Positions 8,478 through 18,815 of a DNA stretch of 64,000 nt are shown in pieces. Source of the DNA: a virus. Lineage: Duplodnaviria; Caudoviricetes. Both the position numbers and the translations under genes were made by a program. Each line of letters opens with the position of its first letter. Position 1 is the first letter of the stretch. Where the stretch lies: positions 32,001 to 96,000 of the IMG/VR virus record IMGVR_UViG_3300037067_006336. One strand, 5' to 3'. Below the pieces are notes generated by a model. It was not told the origin of the DNA. It did not search any database and was given only the letters and a program-made list of their open reading frames with translations.

Positions 8478-9473
8478 TCAAGCAGTAAAAGATTTTTTAG
8501 TAGTGGTGATGAAGAACTTGTCCCAACCAGGAAATTTCACGCGGCTTTCCCCCTCGGTACCGCATCCATCAACGTGACATTTATACGTTATTGTTTCATG
8601 ATTATCAAGTTTCAACCCCGATATAATCGTGAGGTAAGCATCATATAACTTGTCGTTATCCTTTATCTTGTTGAACTTTACAGCTATTTCCTTGACTGTT
8701 TCATCTCCGGTCTCGTAAAGGAATGATGCAACTGTCAGGAACTTCTTGTCGAATATGGCGTTCATGATGATCTTGTCCTTTATTTCCTTGTCGGTACCCA
8801 TGTTGTTCTTCGCGTTGATGATGTAGGTCATCAAGCGTGACTCTATATCAAGGGTTGGCACGTGTACGGTTATTACCTCTCCCCCGATATCCTGGAACCA
8901 TGACGAATCGAACGTGAATACCCTTCCGTCGTATGCAGAAACAAGATCATCACTCATCATGTTAAACCTTAGCGAATACGGGGTTAACATGACTTCTTGT
9001 TGCTCGTGACACGTAGGGCACATCTCGATGTTCTTTAATTTATTACCATCACCCGTGATGTACAAATCACGCAATAGTAACATGAAGAACGTCTTATGAC
9101 CAGGATTTATCTGTGATGATGATATTACCCTGTTGTTATCCAGGTCAACTATCTTTATACATTTACGTATAAGATCCCCTATGGCGATCACCATCCCAAG
9201 GTGGTCATCAGGGTGTATCGTGGACAGGTTGGCCACCTCGTTGGCAAGAGGTTTCCTTGCGGCGAACTTCCACGATACGGGGTAACACCTTGTGTCGAAC
9301 GGGAAACGTAGCAATGGCGTGTAAGCATCAAGTATGTTAGCGTGTTCTTGTTCCCTCGTTTGTACCCTGGCTTGTTGGTCATTAATGGTTTGATCTATTG
9401 GTTTCAACCCGTTCTTGGCCTCGTTCTCAAGCTCCTCTAACTTGTCTAGTTTCGATTTCTTATCGTTTGACAT
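8478..9473 (-). CDS. T4 gp26-like baseplate hub assembly protein
   Basis: Two Cys pairs (CPTC, C..DGC), C-terminal FPGWDKFF, and position next to the tail tube gene. Confidence 0.65.
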   Translation of the reverse strand: MSNDKKSKLDKLEELENEAKNGLKPIDQTINDQQARVQTREQEHANILDAYTPLLRFPFDTRCYPVSWKFAARKPLANEVANLSTIHPDDHLGMVIAIGDLIRKCIKIVDLDNNRVISSSQINPGHKTFFMLLLRDLYITGDGNKLKNIEMCPTCHEQQEVMLTPYSLRFNMMSDDLVSAYDGRVFTFDSSWFQDIGGEVITVHVPTLDIESRLMTYIINAKNNMGTDKEIKDKIIMNAIFDKKFLTVASFLYETGDETVKEIAVKFNKIKDNDKLYDAYLTIISGLKLDNHETITYKCHVDGCGTEGESRVKFPGWDKFFITTTKKSFTA

Positions 9474-9518
9474 GATCTGTATTATTAATGATGATGATGT
9501 GAAAATATATTATGTTAT

Positions 9519-9917
9519 TTACACCTGTGCATCCCCTGCCTTGTTGAATAGTTCCCTGAAGTATTCTACCTCGCTAGCCTGTATCCTCTCCTCCCTATCT
9601 GCTTTCTCCTCTGCTTTCAACAACGCGAGTTGATCCGGTGTCAACCTTTCCATCCTGGAAGTATCTACCTTGAAATCCTTGAAAATCCTGGAGTAATCAA
9701 TTGACCCTGTTCCAGGTTGCCTAAGGTACATCCCCGGGGTGTTGTTCTTGTCGTATATGTTAACCTTACCTGTCTCCAGGATGGTTAGAACCTTGACTAT
9801 TTCATCACCGTAAGTTGTTACATGCAGGTGATGCAACGGCACGGGAACGGGAGAAACTACCTTATCGACCCTTTCTCCCGTTCCCGTGTTCTTGTTCCTG
9901 TCACGTTTTACCAGCAT
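9519..9917 (-). CDS. hypothetical protein
   Basis: 132-aa ORF in the tail operon. Confidence 0.6.
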   Translation of the reverse strand: MLVKRDRNKNTGTGERVDKVVSPVPVPLHHLHVTTYGDEIVKVLTILETGKVNIYDKNNTPGMYLRQPGTGSIDYSRIFKDFKVDTSRMERLTPDQLALLKAEEKADREERIQASEVEYFRELFNKAGDAQV

Positions 9918-9920
9918 TGT

Positions 9921-10508
9921 TTACGAGGATAACCTTGGATCGTTGGTCACGTCTGAAACCCATGAAGAATCGAACGTGCATGTCAACTCCTGCATGTCAT
10001 GCGAGCTGTAATCAGCCGGTTGGTCGTTTATGTCCGACATGGGGAACAACTGGTGGGCCATCCTGCGCCAAAATATCGTGTTGTCACGATTATACTTCTC
10101 GACAACCAGGGCAGCGTCAGCGTAATCTTTCTTCAACGTTTTCTCCCCTGTTAGCGGGTTATGTTTGAACCTTGACCATTTCAACAACGCGTTCAATACG
10201 AATGCCCTGGAGTTATCGTCAAGGAAGTTGAAGAACTGGACCTCGATATCGTAGAAGGTTTCCTTCTCGTTTGAATCGTAACGGAACTTGACTGTCTTGA
10301 AACCCGCCTCTATAGTGTTGGCAGCTTTCTCGACGAACAAGCCGTTAACCGATTTAACGTACTCCCTCAGGAACGAGTAATCACCGAGGGCATCTTTCAA
10401 GTTACCCATCAACACGAAATGGGCGTTGAAGTTACTCGCCACTACCGGTTCGTCCTTGCGAACGGCAGAGGTGGAGTTTGTGGCGTGTGGCAAATATGAA
10501 CTAGGCAT
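9921..10508 (-). CDS. tail tube protein (gp19-like)
   Basis: 195 aa with a W..F.HNPLTG..LKKDY...VEKYNR..FP..ELTCTF..W tube-like pattern; close to the sheath gene. Confidence 0.75.
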   Translation of the reverse strand: MPSSYLPHATNSTSAVRKDEPVVASNFNAHFVLMGNLKDALGDYSFLREYVKSVNGLFVEKAANTIEAGFKTVKFRYDSNEKETFYDIEVQFFNFLDDNSRAFVLNALLKWSRFKHNPLTGEKTLKKDYADAALVVEKYNRDNTIFWRRMAHQLFPMSDINDQPADYSSHDMQELTCTFDSSWVSDVTNDPRLSS

Positions 10509-10555
10509 GGTTTCCTTTGTTTTTCAATGTTATTTTCTATGTTATTTACACCTGG

Positions 10556-11710
10556 TCAACAAGACCCCTTGTATTTGTTTACCTTCTTCATCTCCAGTAG
10601 TGTTTTCTCGGCACCACTGATGACTTCCTTGGCCTTCGTCACGTGCAGGTTCAAGAGTTTCCGTATCGCTATGTTGGTGTTGAAAGCCTGGTCACAAGAT
10701 TTCATGATATGGATCAAGTCATTCATCGAACGAACATCAACATTATCGATGTAACACTCCACCTTGTTGAAATCAACCACGGGCATCATGTCAGTATCCT
10801 GGTAGCATACTTTAGATGCAGCCCTAGATGAATGCAACTTACCGACAAGCTTCTCATACGTATCGATATACTCGTTGTAAACTTCCCTGTTCATGAACGA
10901 CATGATATCCTTCTTGGAATCGATGTACGTCCTTATCAAGACGGCACAATCGAACACAAGTGTTTGTATGTCCGGTATTAATGTCTTCAACACGTCATGA
11001 TGGCGGTACATTGTCTCGATACCTGAACCCCTCATGACTTTCCGCAATAATTTCAAGTGGAATTCATCATCAACCGAGTACGTGTTGGACTTCAATGACA
11101 TTGATTCGGCCTCTTGTTCCATGTACTGCTTGATGGTGGCGTAAGCGTTATCAAGGTGGTAATTGCTACCCCAGCGCTTGTTGTTCTTAGATAACACGTT
11201 AGCTAGCGATGAATACAATGCTGATTTCTCCTTGCACAACTCGATCTCCTCGTTACGTGAATTAGATGAAACGAAAGGCAGACGTTTGAAATTAACTGCG
11301 TCAGGTGTTACAAGGCCTGAAGACTCGAACATCTTTGTCATCGAGTGACCGCTTAACACCGCTAGTGTTGACACGCAACCAAGTACATCCATGGTACCGG
11401 CATTCTCGAACAACGAGGTTAGTTTGGATAACTCGTTGACGTATTTCACCGGGCTTAATTTCATGGCATCCGATTGTAATGCCTTCGATAGATATTCTAC
11501 TTGCTTGTAGAAATCCGTTTTCTTGAAGCTATCATCAGCGAACATCATCTCGTTCATCGACTCGTAAACTTTCGTAAGGTTACCACCGTGTACCAGGGCT
11601 TGTTTCCTGAACATACTTTCCACTTGTTCCCGTGGTAACCCTGAACGGGAGGTCATCTCGTTGATGACCTCGTCCGCCGGGTTCATGGTGTTTATATCTG
11701 ATAGTTTCAT
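10556..11710 (-). CDS. hypothetical protein
   Basis: 384-aa ORF between sheath and tube genes. Confidence 0.7.
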   Translation of the reverse strand: MKLSDINTMNPADEVINEMTSRSGLPREQVESMFRKQALVHGGNLTKVYESMNEMMFADDSFKKTDFYKQVEYLSKALQSDAMKLSPVKYVNELSKLTSLFENAGTMDVLGCVSTLAVLSGHSMTKMFESSGLVTPDAVNFKRLPFVSSNSRNEEIELCKEKSALYSSLANVLSKNNKRWGSNYHLDNAYATIKQYMEQEAESMSLKSNTYSVDDEFHLKLLRKVMRGSGIETMYRHHDVLKTLIPDIQTLVFDCAVLIRTYIDSKKDIMSFMNREVYNEYIDTYEKLVGKLHSSRAASKVCYQDTDMMPVVDFNKVECYIDNVDVRSMNDLIHIMKSCDQAFNTNIAIRKLLNLHVTKAKEVISGAEKTLLEMKKVNKYKGSC

Positions 11711-11713
11711 ATG

Positions 11714-14029
11714 TTAGTCGATTTTCAAGTCGAATATGATTTTCTCCAGCGAGTTCGATGGAGTATACTCTATATGTACTACTTTCATCTTCGCGTTGGC
11801 GATTTCCTTCGTGTTGTTGTTGGCATCGCACTGGACGACGAAATTAGCTTTGATTGCCCCGGCGAGTGTCAACGCTTGTATGAAGTTCTTTGATTGCGTT
11901 TCAAGCCTGAGGTAATCATCGTAGTTATCTGTCTTGAATGAATCCTTCTTACCCAGCGTGTACAGGTTCTCCTTGATGTAAGCGAGTAATTCTGAATTCT
12001 GTATCTGAGATTGTTTCGATGTTGCTTTCTGGGATGTAAGGTTGGAGAATATCGTATAAGCACCATCAAGTTCAATGATAGCGTTGTACCTGAACTTCTC
12101 CGTGTACTCCCGCTCGTCGTCACTTATCAATGTTTCCAGTGCCACGATACCATCGATGTAACCTGTCTCGTTAGCAATTATATCATACGCGTATTTCTTC
12201 CCGTAGAACAGGTTAGATACAAGACCCGCGACAGGTCGTGTCGTTGACGTGTTAATCACGTTCCCGGGACCGAACGAGAACGCCATCGAGGAACCGGTGA
12301 TGAACTTGGTCAATAACTTGCTAGAGTAAGTCTTGTTGCCACCTTCAGGCAGGTAAGACCAATCGAAGGTGTACCTTGCCCCGGGCATCTGTTTGAACAT
12401 CGGGTTGGTTGAATCAACCATGTCCTCGTAAAATGGCTCGTTGTAAATCACCCTCAAGAACCTGTTAGAAATGTCCAGGGTGTTAACCAACGTGCCGTAC
12501 TGGTGCTTGTAACCTGGTTCAACGAATGATTTGAAAGCATCAACGATGTAACGTAACCCTTTCGTGTTCTTTATACCCTTGATTATACCAGGGTTGTTCA
12601 TCATGTCCAGTATGTCGTTCTGCCTTGACGCGCTACCGTTGGTGAACTGCGCGATCCTAGGCTTGTAACTAGTTATGTTGAAAGGTTTCACGCTGCATGA
12701 ATCAACCCAGTACACTACCCTGGTTACAGTGGTGTTAGTGCTGGTGTAAAGCAGTTGACCGGAACACGTGATCTTCACCTTGGTGTAAGTATCGGTTGAA
12801 ACTCCTATGATGGCAGCCTCGTCCAGTACCTCTATGCCTGTTACCTCCACTATCGTGTCATTAACCCCCCGGAACTTGTCACCTACTCGTATCCCCTGCT
12901 CGAACGATCCCTCGAACTGGGTCTCGTTAACCTTCACGCACTTGTAAGATACCAGGTTGATACTGGGGGATGGTGAGACATTCTCGGCTTTAGCCGTGAG
13001 AGGGTACACCGTGGTGGCGGTTGTAAGCGCGGTCGGTGTAACGTGTGATAACATGTAATCAGACGTGGCAACAATTCTTGCTCCAGCTCCATCGAAATAG
13101 GTTTTCCCGTTCATGTCGATTAGCGTTGTATCAACTGATTCAAACAAGTCATCGTTGATGAAACAAATCATACCTGATTTAATGTAATCAGAGTTCATGA
13201 TAACGTCTATGGATAGATCACTGTCCGTTTCTGATTTAAGGTTAGGTATGATCGAACCGGTGTACTTCTTGATGAAACCTGCTTCCGCAACTTCGGTTAG
13301 CGCGTCCAGGTCATCCAGGGAAACGTTACCGTCCTCGTCGAAGTACTGCCCGTAATACTGGTTCGTAGAAACAGTTGCCGGGTTGAACGTGTTAGCGAAC
13401 ACGTACACATCAACGAACGTGTCCTTCACGATCATGTTCGGGTCAATTACCGGGTACTCGTCAATCTCTAGGACGGTCCCTGATATCGTTGCATCACCCT
13501 CACCCGTTAAATTGGTTATTGACCTAGCCTTGGTGACGATGACCGATGTGTCGAATATCCCTACCGAACCGAATGTAAGGAACGCGTCAGACGTTAGTAA
13601 TGACGGTATGTTTTTCGGTTTAGGAGACCAGAAACTATCTATGTTGAACAGTGCCGTGTAAGGGCAACTATCGAGTGATTCATCGTTTATGTTGGGGTTC
13701 AGCCCTAGCACGGTACTGATATCACTATCCTCGAAAGCCCTCAAGTTTATGACAGCTAGCGGTCCACCCTGCAAGGCATCAACACACGTGGAAATCGAGA
13801 AGTTGCCACGTTTCTCCATCAACCTCGTGCCCTTTCCGAATATAGAGTAGAAACCAGCGGTATCACCCTTGGCGAATTTCAACAGGACGTTGACAGGTCC
13901 CTTGTCGACGTTTATGAATATCAACCTCATCTTGTTCTCGCTCTCGATAGGTGCTACCTGCGAGGCATCTGTCACGATGAAGTACACACCGGCAGCCTTA
14001 GATGCTACCTGCAAGAATTTTATTTCCAT
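11714..14029 (-). CDS. contractile tail sheath protein
   Basis: N-terminal AGVYF..D.S and KGPVN; C-terminal FVVQCDANNNT...IEYTP..LEKIIF typical of sheaths. Confidence 0.88.
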   Translation of the reverse strand: MEIKFLQVASKAAGVYFIVTDASQVAPIESENKMRLIFINVDKGPVNVLLKFAKGDTAGFYSIFGKGTRLMEKRGNFSISTCVDALQGGPLAVINLRAFEDSDISTVLGLNPNINDESLDSCPYTALFNIDSFWSPKPKNIPSLLTSDAFLTFGSVGIFDTSVIVTKARSITNLTGEGDATISGTVLEIDEYPVIDPNMIVKDTFVDVYVFANTFNPATVSTNQYYGQYFDEDGNVSLDDLDALTEVAEAGFIKKYTGSIIPNLKSETDSDLSIDVIMNSDYIKSGMICFINDDLFESVDTTLIDMNGKTYFDGAGARIVATSDYMLSHVTPTALTTATTVYPLTAKAENVSPSPSINLVSYKCVKVNETQFEGSFEQGIRVGDKFRGVNDTIVEVTGIEVLDEAAIIGVSTDTYTKVKITCSGQLLYTSTNTTVTRVVYWVDSCSVKPFNITSYKPRIAQFTNGSASRQNDILDMMNNPGIIKGIKNTKGLRYIVDAFKSFVEPGYKHQYGTLVNTLDISNRFLRVIYNEPFYEDMVDSTNPMFKQMPGARYTFDWSYLPEGGNKTYSSKLLTKFITGSSMAFSFGPGNVINTSTTRPVAGLVSNLFYGKKYAYDIIANETGYIDGIVALETLISDDEREYTEKFRYNAIIELDGAYTIFSNLTSQKATSKQSQIQNSELLAYIKENLYTLGKKDSFKTDNYDDYLRLETQSKNFIQALTLAGAIKANFVVQCDANNNTKEIANAKMKVVHIEYTPSNSLEKIIFDLKID

Positions 14030-14059
14030 GTTTTTGACTTTTAAGCATTTTCATCAATG

Positions 14060-14067
14060 TATTTATA
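14060..14067 (-). promoter_or_regulatory. T4-type late promoter TATAAATA
   Basis: Exact T4 late consensus about 30 nt upstream of the sheath start. Confidence 0.65.
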
Positions 14068-14839
14068 CGCTATCGTTTTTGCCCCTGGCAGCCTTTTCGG
14101 CCGCCCGTTTCTCCAGTATGGTTTTCAAGAATTCCTTACCGCTGCGGTACGTTCCCCCGGTATCACCGGTTATCTCCGATGTATCGGGTAACTCCCCGCC
14201 ATTGCCGTTCAATTCCTGGTCACACAGTATGTCGGTCTTCATCTTCTTCAGTGTCGATGGAATGTTCCTGTATGTTTCTTTCAACTCGCGCACCAGCTTG
14301 AAATGCTGTGACACGAGGTTATTATAGGTTTGTATTATCGCGTAATCCTCGCCCATCGTGGCATTTATACGTTCTAATATGTTGTTTAATACCATCTTGT
14401 TCATCTCCTCGAGTTGCAGTAGGTCGCTCAAGTGTCTCATCTGCAATGCCCCGATCTGCCGGATGTACGTTTCCTGGGGTTTTGATAACTCCCCACCCTT
14501 CATCGACAGTATGAAGGTAACTATCTTGGACACGATGCTCTTTGCTTGTTTCGTGTACCTCTCCTCGATCTTACCAACCTCTATCTTGGAGAATTCAGCA
14601 ACAACTAGCGAGGTGTTCCTGTCCCTTGTCTCGTAAGGTGTGAGCGCCAGCACTTCGTTGAATGACTCTACATCATCGATGTCATCGAACGGGTTTAACT
14701 CGTCGTCATCCTTCATAACCTCCGCGTCCTGGGAATCCATCCCGGGATGACTGCCCTTGTCCTCGAAATTCCTCTCCAGGTTATCCCAGTCGTCAGGGTT
14801 ATCGTTTCCCTTGTTCTTATCTTTTTTATTATCACCCAT
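14063..14839 (-). CDS. hypothetical protein, possibly terminase small subunit-like
   Basis: Acidic N-terminus, helical core, and C-terminal TYRSGKEFLK loosely resembling the T4 gp16 layout; weak. Confidence 0.4.
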   Translation of the reverse strand: MGDNKKDKNKGNDNPDDWDNLERNFEDKGSHPGMDSQDAEVMKDDDELNPFDDIDDVESFNEVLALTPYETRDRNTSLVVAEFSKIEVGKIEERYTKQAKSIVSKIVTFILSMKGGELSKPQETYIRQIGALQMRHLSDLLQLEEMNKMVLNNILERINATMGEDYAIIQTYNNLVSQHFKLVRELKETYRNIPSTLKKMKTDILCDQELNGNGGELPDTSEITGDTGGTYRSGKEFLKTILEKRAAEKAARGKNDSV

Positions 14840-14844
14840 GATTA

Positions 14845-16665
14845 TCAGAATTGTTTCATCTCGAGGAACGGGTTAACGTTATCCTCCAGTATCATCTTGT
14901 TGTTTATTTCCAGCCTTATCGTACCGGAGTAGAACGACCCGCCGTACAACCCTACCTTGTTGATGTTAAGTGGTGTCGTACTGGCACCATCGAACACGTG
15001 TATATCGTTGAACGCTAGAGTCCTGTTGTGATTCTCTATGTTGAACACGTTAACCGAAACCTGTTTCAAGACAAGATCGTAACCTATCACCACCTGGTAG
15101 AACTTCATCAGTTCGAACTTGAGGTTAACCTTGAAAGTGTTGCTGTTGGAATCAGCCACGCTATTGTTGGTGAACTCCATGTAAGAACGGTTCATCTTCA
15201 CCGAGTAAACAACGTCCTCGTTATCTACCACCAGGTCGAAAAGTTCCCCCGCGAAGTTCATCACGGGTATGTAGTTGAAAGATAACGCTAGGTTCTTGTC
15301 AAGCACGGTGCTGAACTTGTTCTTAGAGGTGTAATCATCCATGTTGTAGAACAGTGCTACCGTTCTCTTCACCACCCTGGTGTTATCGTACATCATGACG
15401 GGGAACGAGTTAATGTCGGGGTTGACCGATACTATCTTCAACCTCCTGTCGTAGAATTCCCTTTGTGCCTCTGTTTCCTTTAATGACACGTGGAAGTTAG
15501 AATCGATGTTCTTGTTCGTGTAGGACTGGTTAGATTCACGTTTCTCGGTTGATGTAAGACTCGTTAATTTTCCTGGTGTGAGTATGGTGGATGCCTTGAC
15601 GGCATCCAGGTCACCAAGCAACGAGCTGTCAACACCTTCCATCTCCCCTGTTAAATCAACATCATCATCCTCTATCCCATCTTGCATGAACTGCAACCCT
15701 GGTTCATTGAATACATCCGATAGACCAGGTACCCCCTGGTATGCTGAAAGTAACCTGGAATCCATGGTAACGCTCTGGTCATCTTCCCATTTGGCAAGGA
15801 ATACCTCCCACCATGCCACTTGTCCCATGAACTTGCGCACAGGGTTAGCACCTGTTACCCGGTACAACCTGGATAGGAACGGTACCCAGACGTAATCTTT
15901 CTCCACCGGTATCACGTCACCGAAGGCTATCTTGAAACGCTCTATGACGACGTGTAGTATGATGTCATCGGGCAAAGCCAGGTCCCAGTCAGAGTAAACT
16001 AGCTTGTCCTGGGGCACATCCCCGTCGGGGAACTGCACCATCAATTTCTTTATGTTAGTGACCTTCCTACCGTTATTAACGGAGAAGGTGTTGTTGGTTT
16101 CCGACGCGGTAGTCTTGAAGTAAACACACGGGAAACCACGCGAGCTGCTAGCGGCGAAACACCTTTCCTTCCAATCTCTCACACTAACATCAATCCCGTC
16201 GAACACGTTCCACCTGGGGAAACGATCCACGTACCTTTCAAGCATGATGAAACCAACTACATCCTTGTCATTGATATCAATCACTGTTGAATCATACGTG
16301 ATGGAATCGATGTTAACGTAATCCAGGTTGAAGTTATCCATGCTAACATCAAGCGATTTAACCGCATTCAACCCTGTACCGGCCCTCGATTTGAAACGAA
16401 CCATTATGGAGATGTACACGGGTAACACTACCTCTGGTGGAATCGAGAAGTTACCACGGGTAACGTGGTCAGCGTAATTAGTAGCATCGATTGAATACGA
16501 GTACAATAACTCGAACGAATCATGCTCGAACGTTCCCGAATCAACATCAACACCAGCACTAACAGTTACGGTAAGTGACGATATGTCGAATGTAACGAAC
16601 GGTTCTATCAATAGAACCATAGTGTTAGACGTTATTGATAGCGGTCTTGTATCGTTGGATATCAT
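14845..16665 (-). CDS. neck/head-closure protein (gp14-like) with extra domains
   Basis: GFPCVYFK...F..AFG..P.EKDY.W.P...RLY.V pattern resembles gp14-type neck proteins. Confidence 0.5.
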   Translation of the reverse strand: MISNDTRPLSITSNTMVLLIEPFVTFDISSLTVTVSAGVDVDSGTFEHDSFELLYSYSIDATNYADHVTRGNFSIPPEVVLPVYISIMVRFKSRAGTGLNAVKSLDVSMDNFNLDYVNIDSITYDSTVIDINDKDVVGFIMLERYVDRFPRWNVFDGIDVSVRDWKERCFAASSSRGFPCVYFKTTASETNNTFSVNNGRKVTNIKKLMVQFPDGDVPQDKLVYSDWDLALPDDIILHVVIERFKIAFGDVIPVEKDYVWVPFLSRLYRVTGANPVRKFMGQVAWWEVFLAKWEDDQSVTMDSRLLSAYQGVPGLSDVFNEPGLQFMQDGIEDDDVDLTGEMEGVDSSLLGDLDAVKASTILTPGKLTSLTSTEKRESNQSYTNKNIDSNFHVSLKETEAQREFYDRRLKIVSVNPDINSFPVMMYDNTRVVKRTVALFYNMDDYTSKNKFSTVLDKNLALSFNYIPVMNFAGELFDLVVDNEDVVYSVKMNRSYMEFTNNSVADSNSNTFKVNLKFELMKFYQVVIGYDLVLKQVSVNVFNIENHNRTLAFNDIHVFDGASTTPLNINKVGLYGGSFYSGTIRLEINNKMILEDNVNPFLEMKQF

Positions 16666-18809
16666 ACCATGAATGTCTTGTCGAAAAATATCATAAGGTT
16701 ACTACCTATCGAGTAATTTTGTGCCCACCTTATGTTCATGTTGACATCTATGTAAAATAATAACCTGTCACTGGTGCCTGTTGGAACGATTGAAATACCT
16801 TCCAGGTAAAATAATGCCCTTGGCTGGTTCGCGACGGGGCTGCTCAACATGTCGTTAACAGGGGACCCGTGTATTATTCTTTCCTGGGAAACACTGTTAC
16901 CCCTGTTGTAACCTGCCCCGTGATCCACGATAGATGATATTAACAAGTCCCCGTATGCATTGGTGTTGACACCTGATCCCCACACGGAATATGAAGGTGA
17001 AATGAAACCGTTGATATTCAGGAAACCTGACCCTACCCTGCATGTCAACTTGCACTCTACGGGAGGGAAACCAGGAGAGGGGGGGTCGTACAACGTGATG
17101 TTAGTCTGGATGTAATGCGGTGTCCCCGGGTTGCTGTACACCGGCAAATCCCACAGCGTGAAAGGCAATGAAAATTCATCGTTACTCGGGGACGACGTGA
17201 TGAATACCGGGTAAAGTTCCCTTGTTGTGGGTCCGTAAAAATTAGTCGCTAGTTGTTCATCACTGACAGTTACCATACTGAAGTAATAGTTAACTCCCTG
17301 TGAACCCATGTAATTGAATATGCTCCCTGTTTGAGACAAGGCATGCTTGTACGATGTACCCTTGTAAAGTATGATACCATCGCTAAGGTAACCGCTCTGG
17401 TTTGTCGTTACACCCGGCACTTCCCTGGTTGGTTTCACGCCTTGTAGTATGATCGCGTGTTTATCGTTACCGACCTGGTACTGGTCATCCCCTACACCCG
17501 TGGTTTCGTTAGCCCTTGTCACTAGCGTGTCACGAACCATCATGTTGGACCTGTCCATCAACACTTTCAACTGTTTCTCGGTGGTAAGGTTATCATCGTT
17601 AGTGGTTGTTGACGGTACGCTGAATCTCACGACGGGGTTGAAACCGTTAGACAGGTCTATGGTGGATACGGCGCTGTTCCTCGTTGGGTCAATGTAACCT
17701 GACGCGTTGAACCACGCTAGCTTGGATACCATCGAGGCCATGTGTACCTTGTTTACATCAAGCTCGTAAACCTGGAATAATTTAGAGTAAACCATCCTGT
17801 CATAACCCAGTAACAACCTGGAGTACTCGCTGTCAAGCTTACCCTGGTGGCTCTTCAATACAAGGAACCCGTTACCATCCTTGTAAATTGACGCGAAGTT
17901 ACGCAGGCCAACGTTCACATCATTCATCATACCTGACTTGTGACCTATCATGATACCGTTACCGTAGGTGTCCTGCATCAATACCTGTGATGGTATGTTA
18001 CCTTCCCCAGGAGCGTACGAGTTATTGAGTGACCCGCTGTTCAAAGGGTCCACGGTTTTGATCAACAGGCTTATGTAAGCCTTGACCGACCCGGTTATCA
18101 CCGTACCCATCCCGCTTACCGGGAACAACGTGTCGGATAACCCGAAGTACTTGTGACCCGTGATGACATCCCTGTTACTAGGATCGCTACCTACGAAACC
18201 AACGTACTTCGGACAGTAAGTATCCGATTGTAAGACATTGGTTGTTATACCAGAGCTACCAAGGTCCGGTGTCCTCTTCGCTATCGAGGCATACTGCTCG
18301 TAAATGTTGATCAGTGATGTTATGGTCACGTTGTTATCAACATAGAACTTCACCCTAGATTCTATCTTGGAATCCAGGTTAGCAAGTGTGTTCGTCTGCT
18401 CGTTGAACGATAACCCGGTTGCTGATATGCTGTTAGTACCAAGGTCGAAAGAACACATCGCCGAGTTAGTCAGGACAATGACATCGTTATCGACGAGTTC
18501 ATCCACGCCTAACGCCAGTAACAATTTCTGTTTCTCTATGAAGATTGACAGCTTGTTGTTGATGAAAGAAACGTTAACCTGGTTCGATGATGTTACCTCT
18601 CCCTTGAACGTGGTGTCAAGAACGAAGTTGGAGAAGTTCACGAAGATGAAAACCGATCCCCTTGTCCCCCTTAACCCCACCCCGTCAGCACCGTTTGATC
18701 CGGGTATACCCTTGTACAAGGGTGAATTCTCGATGGTGGCGAAGTTACGGTTCAACACCTCCAGGAGTTGATCCATGCTCTCGTATGTTACCTTGCTTAA
18801 CGTGCTCAT
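16662..18809 (-). CDS. virion structural/fibre-like protein
   Basis: LNRNF..I N-terminus and a short collagen-like GIPGSNGADG..GTRG segment; beta-rich. Confidence 0.6.
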   Translation of the reverse strand: MSTLSKVTYESMDQLLEVLNRNFATIENSPLYKGIPGSNGADGVGLRGTRGSVFIFVNFSNFVLDTTFKGEVTSSNQVNVSFINNKLSIFIEKQKLLLALGVDELVDNDVIVLTNSAMCSFDLGTNSISATGLSFNEQTNTLANLDSKIESRVKFYVDNNVTITSLINIYEQYASIAKRTPDLGSSGITTNVLQSDTYCPKYVGFVGSDPSNRDVITGHKYFGLSDTLFPVSGMGTVITGSVKAYISLLIKTVDPLNSGSLNNSYAPGEGNIPSQVLMQDTYGNGIMIGHKSGMMNDVNVGLRNFASIYKDGNGFLVLKSHQGKLDSEYSRLLLGYDRMVYSKLFQVYELDVNKVHMASMVSKLAWFNASGYIDPTRNSAVSTIDLSNGFNPVVRFSVPSTTTNDDNLTTEKQLKVLMDRSNMMVRDTLVTRANETTGVGDDQYQVGNDKHAIILQGVKPTREVPGVTTNQSGYLSDGIILYKGTSYKHALSQTGSIFNYMGSQGVNYYFSMVTVSDEQLATNFYGPTTRELYPVFITSSPSNDEFSLPFTLWDLPVYSNPGTPHYIQTNITLYDPPSPGFPPVECKLTCRVGSGFLNINGFISPSYSVWGSGVNTNAYGDLLISSIVDHGAGYNRGNSVSQERIIHGSPVNDMLSSPVANQPRALFYLEGISIVPTGTSDRLLFYIDVNMNIRWAQNYSIGSNLMIFFDKTFMV

Positions 18810-18815
18810 TTATTT

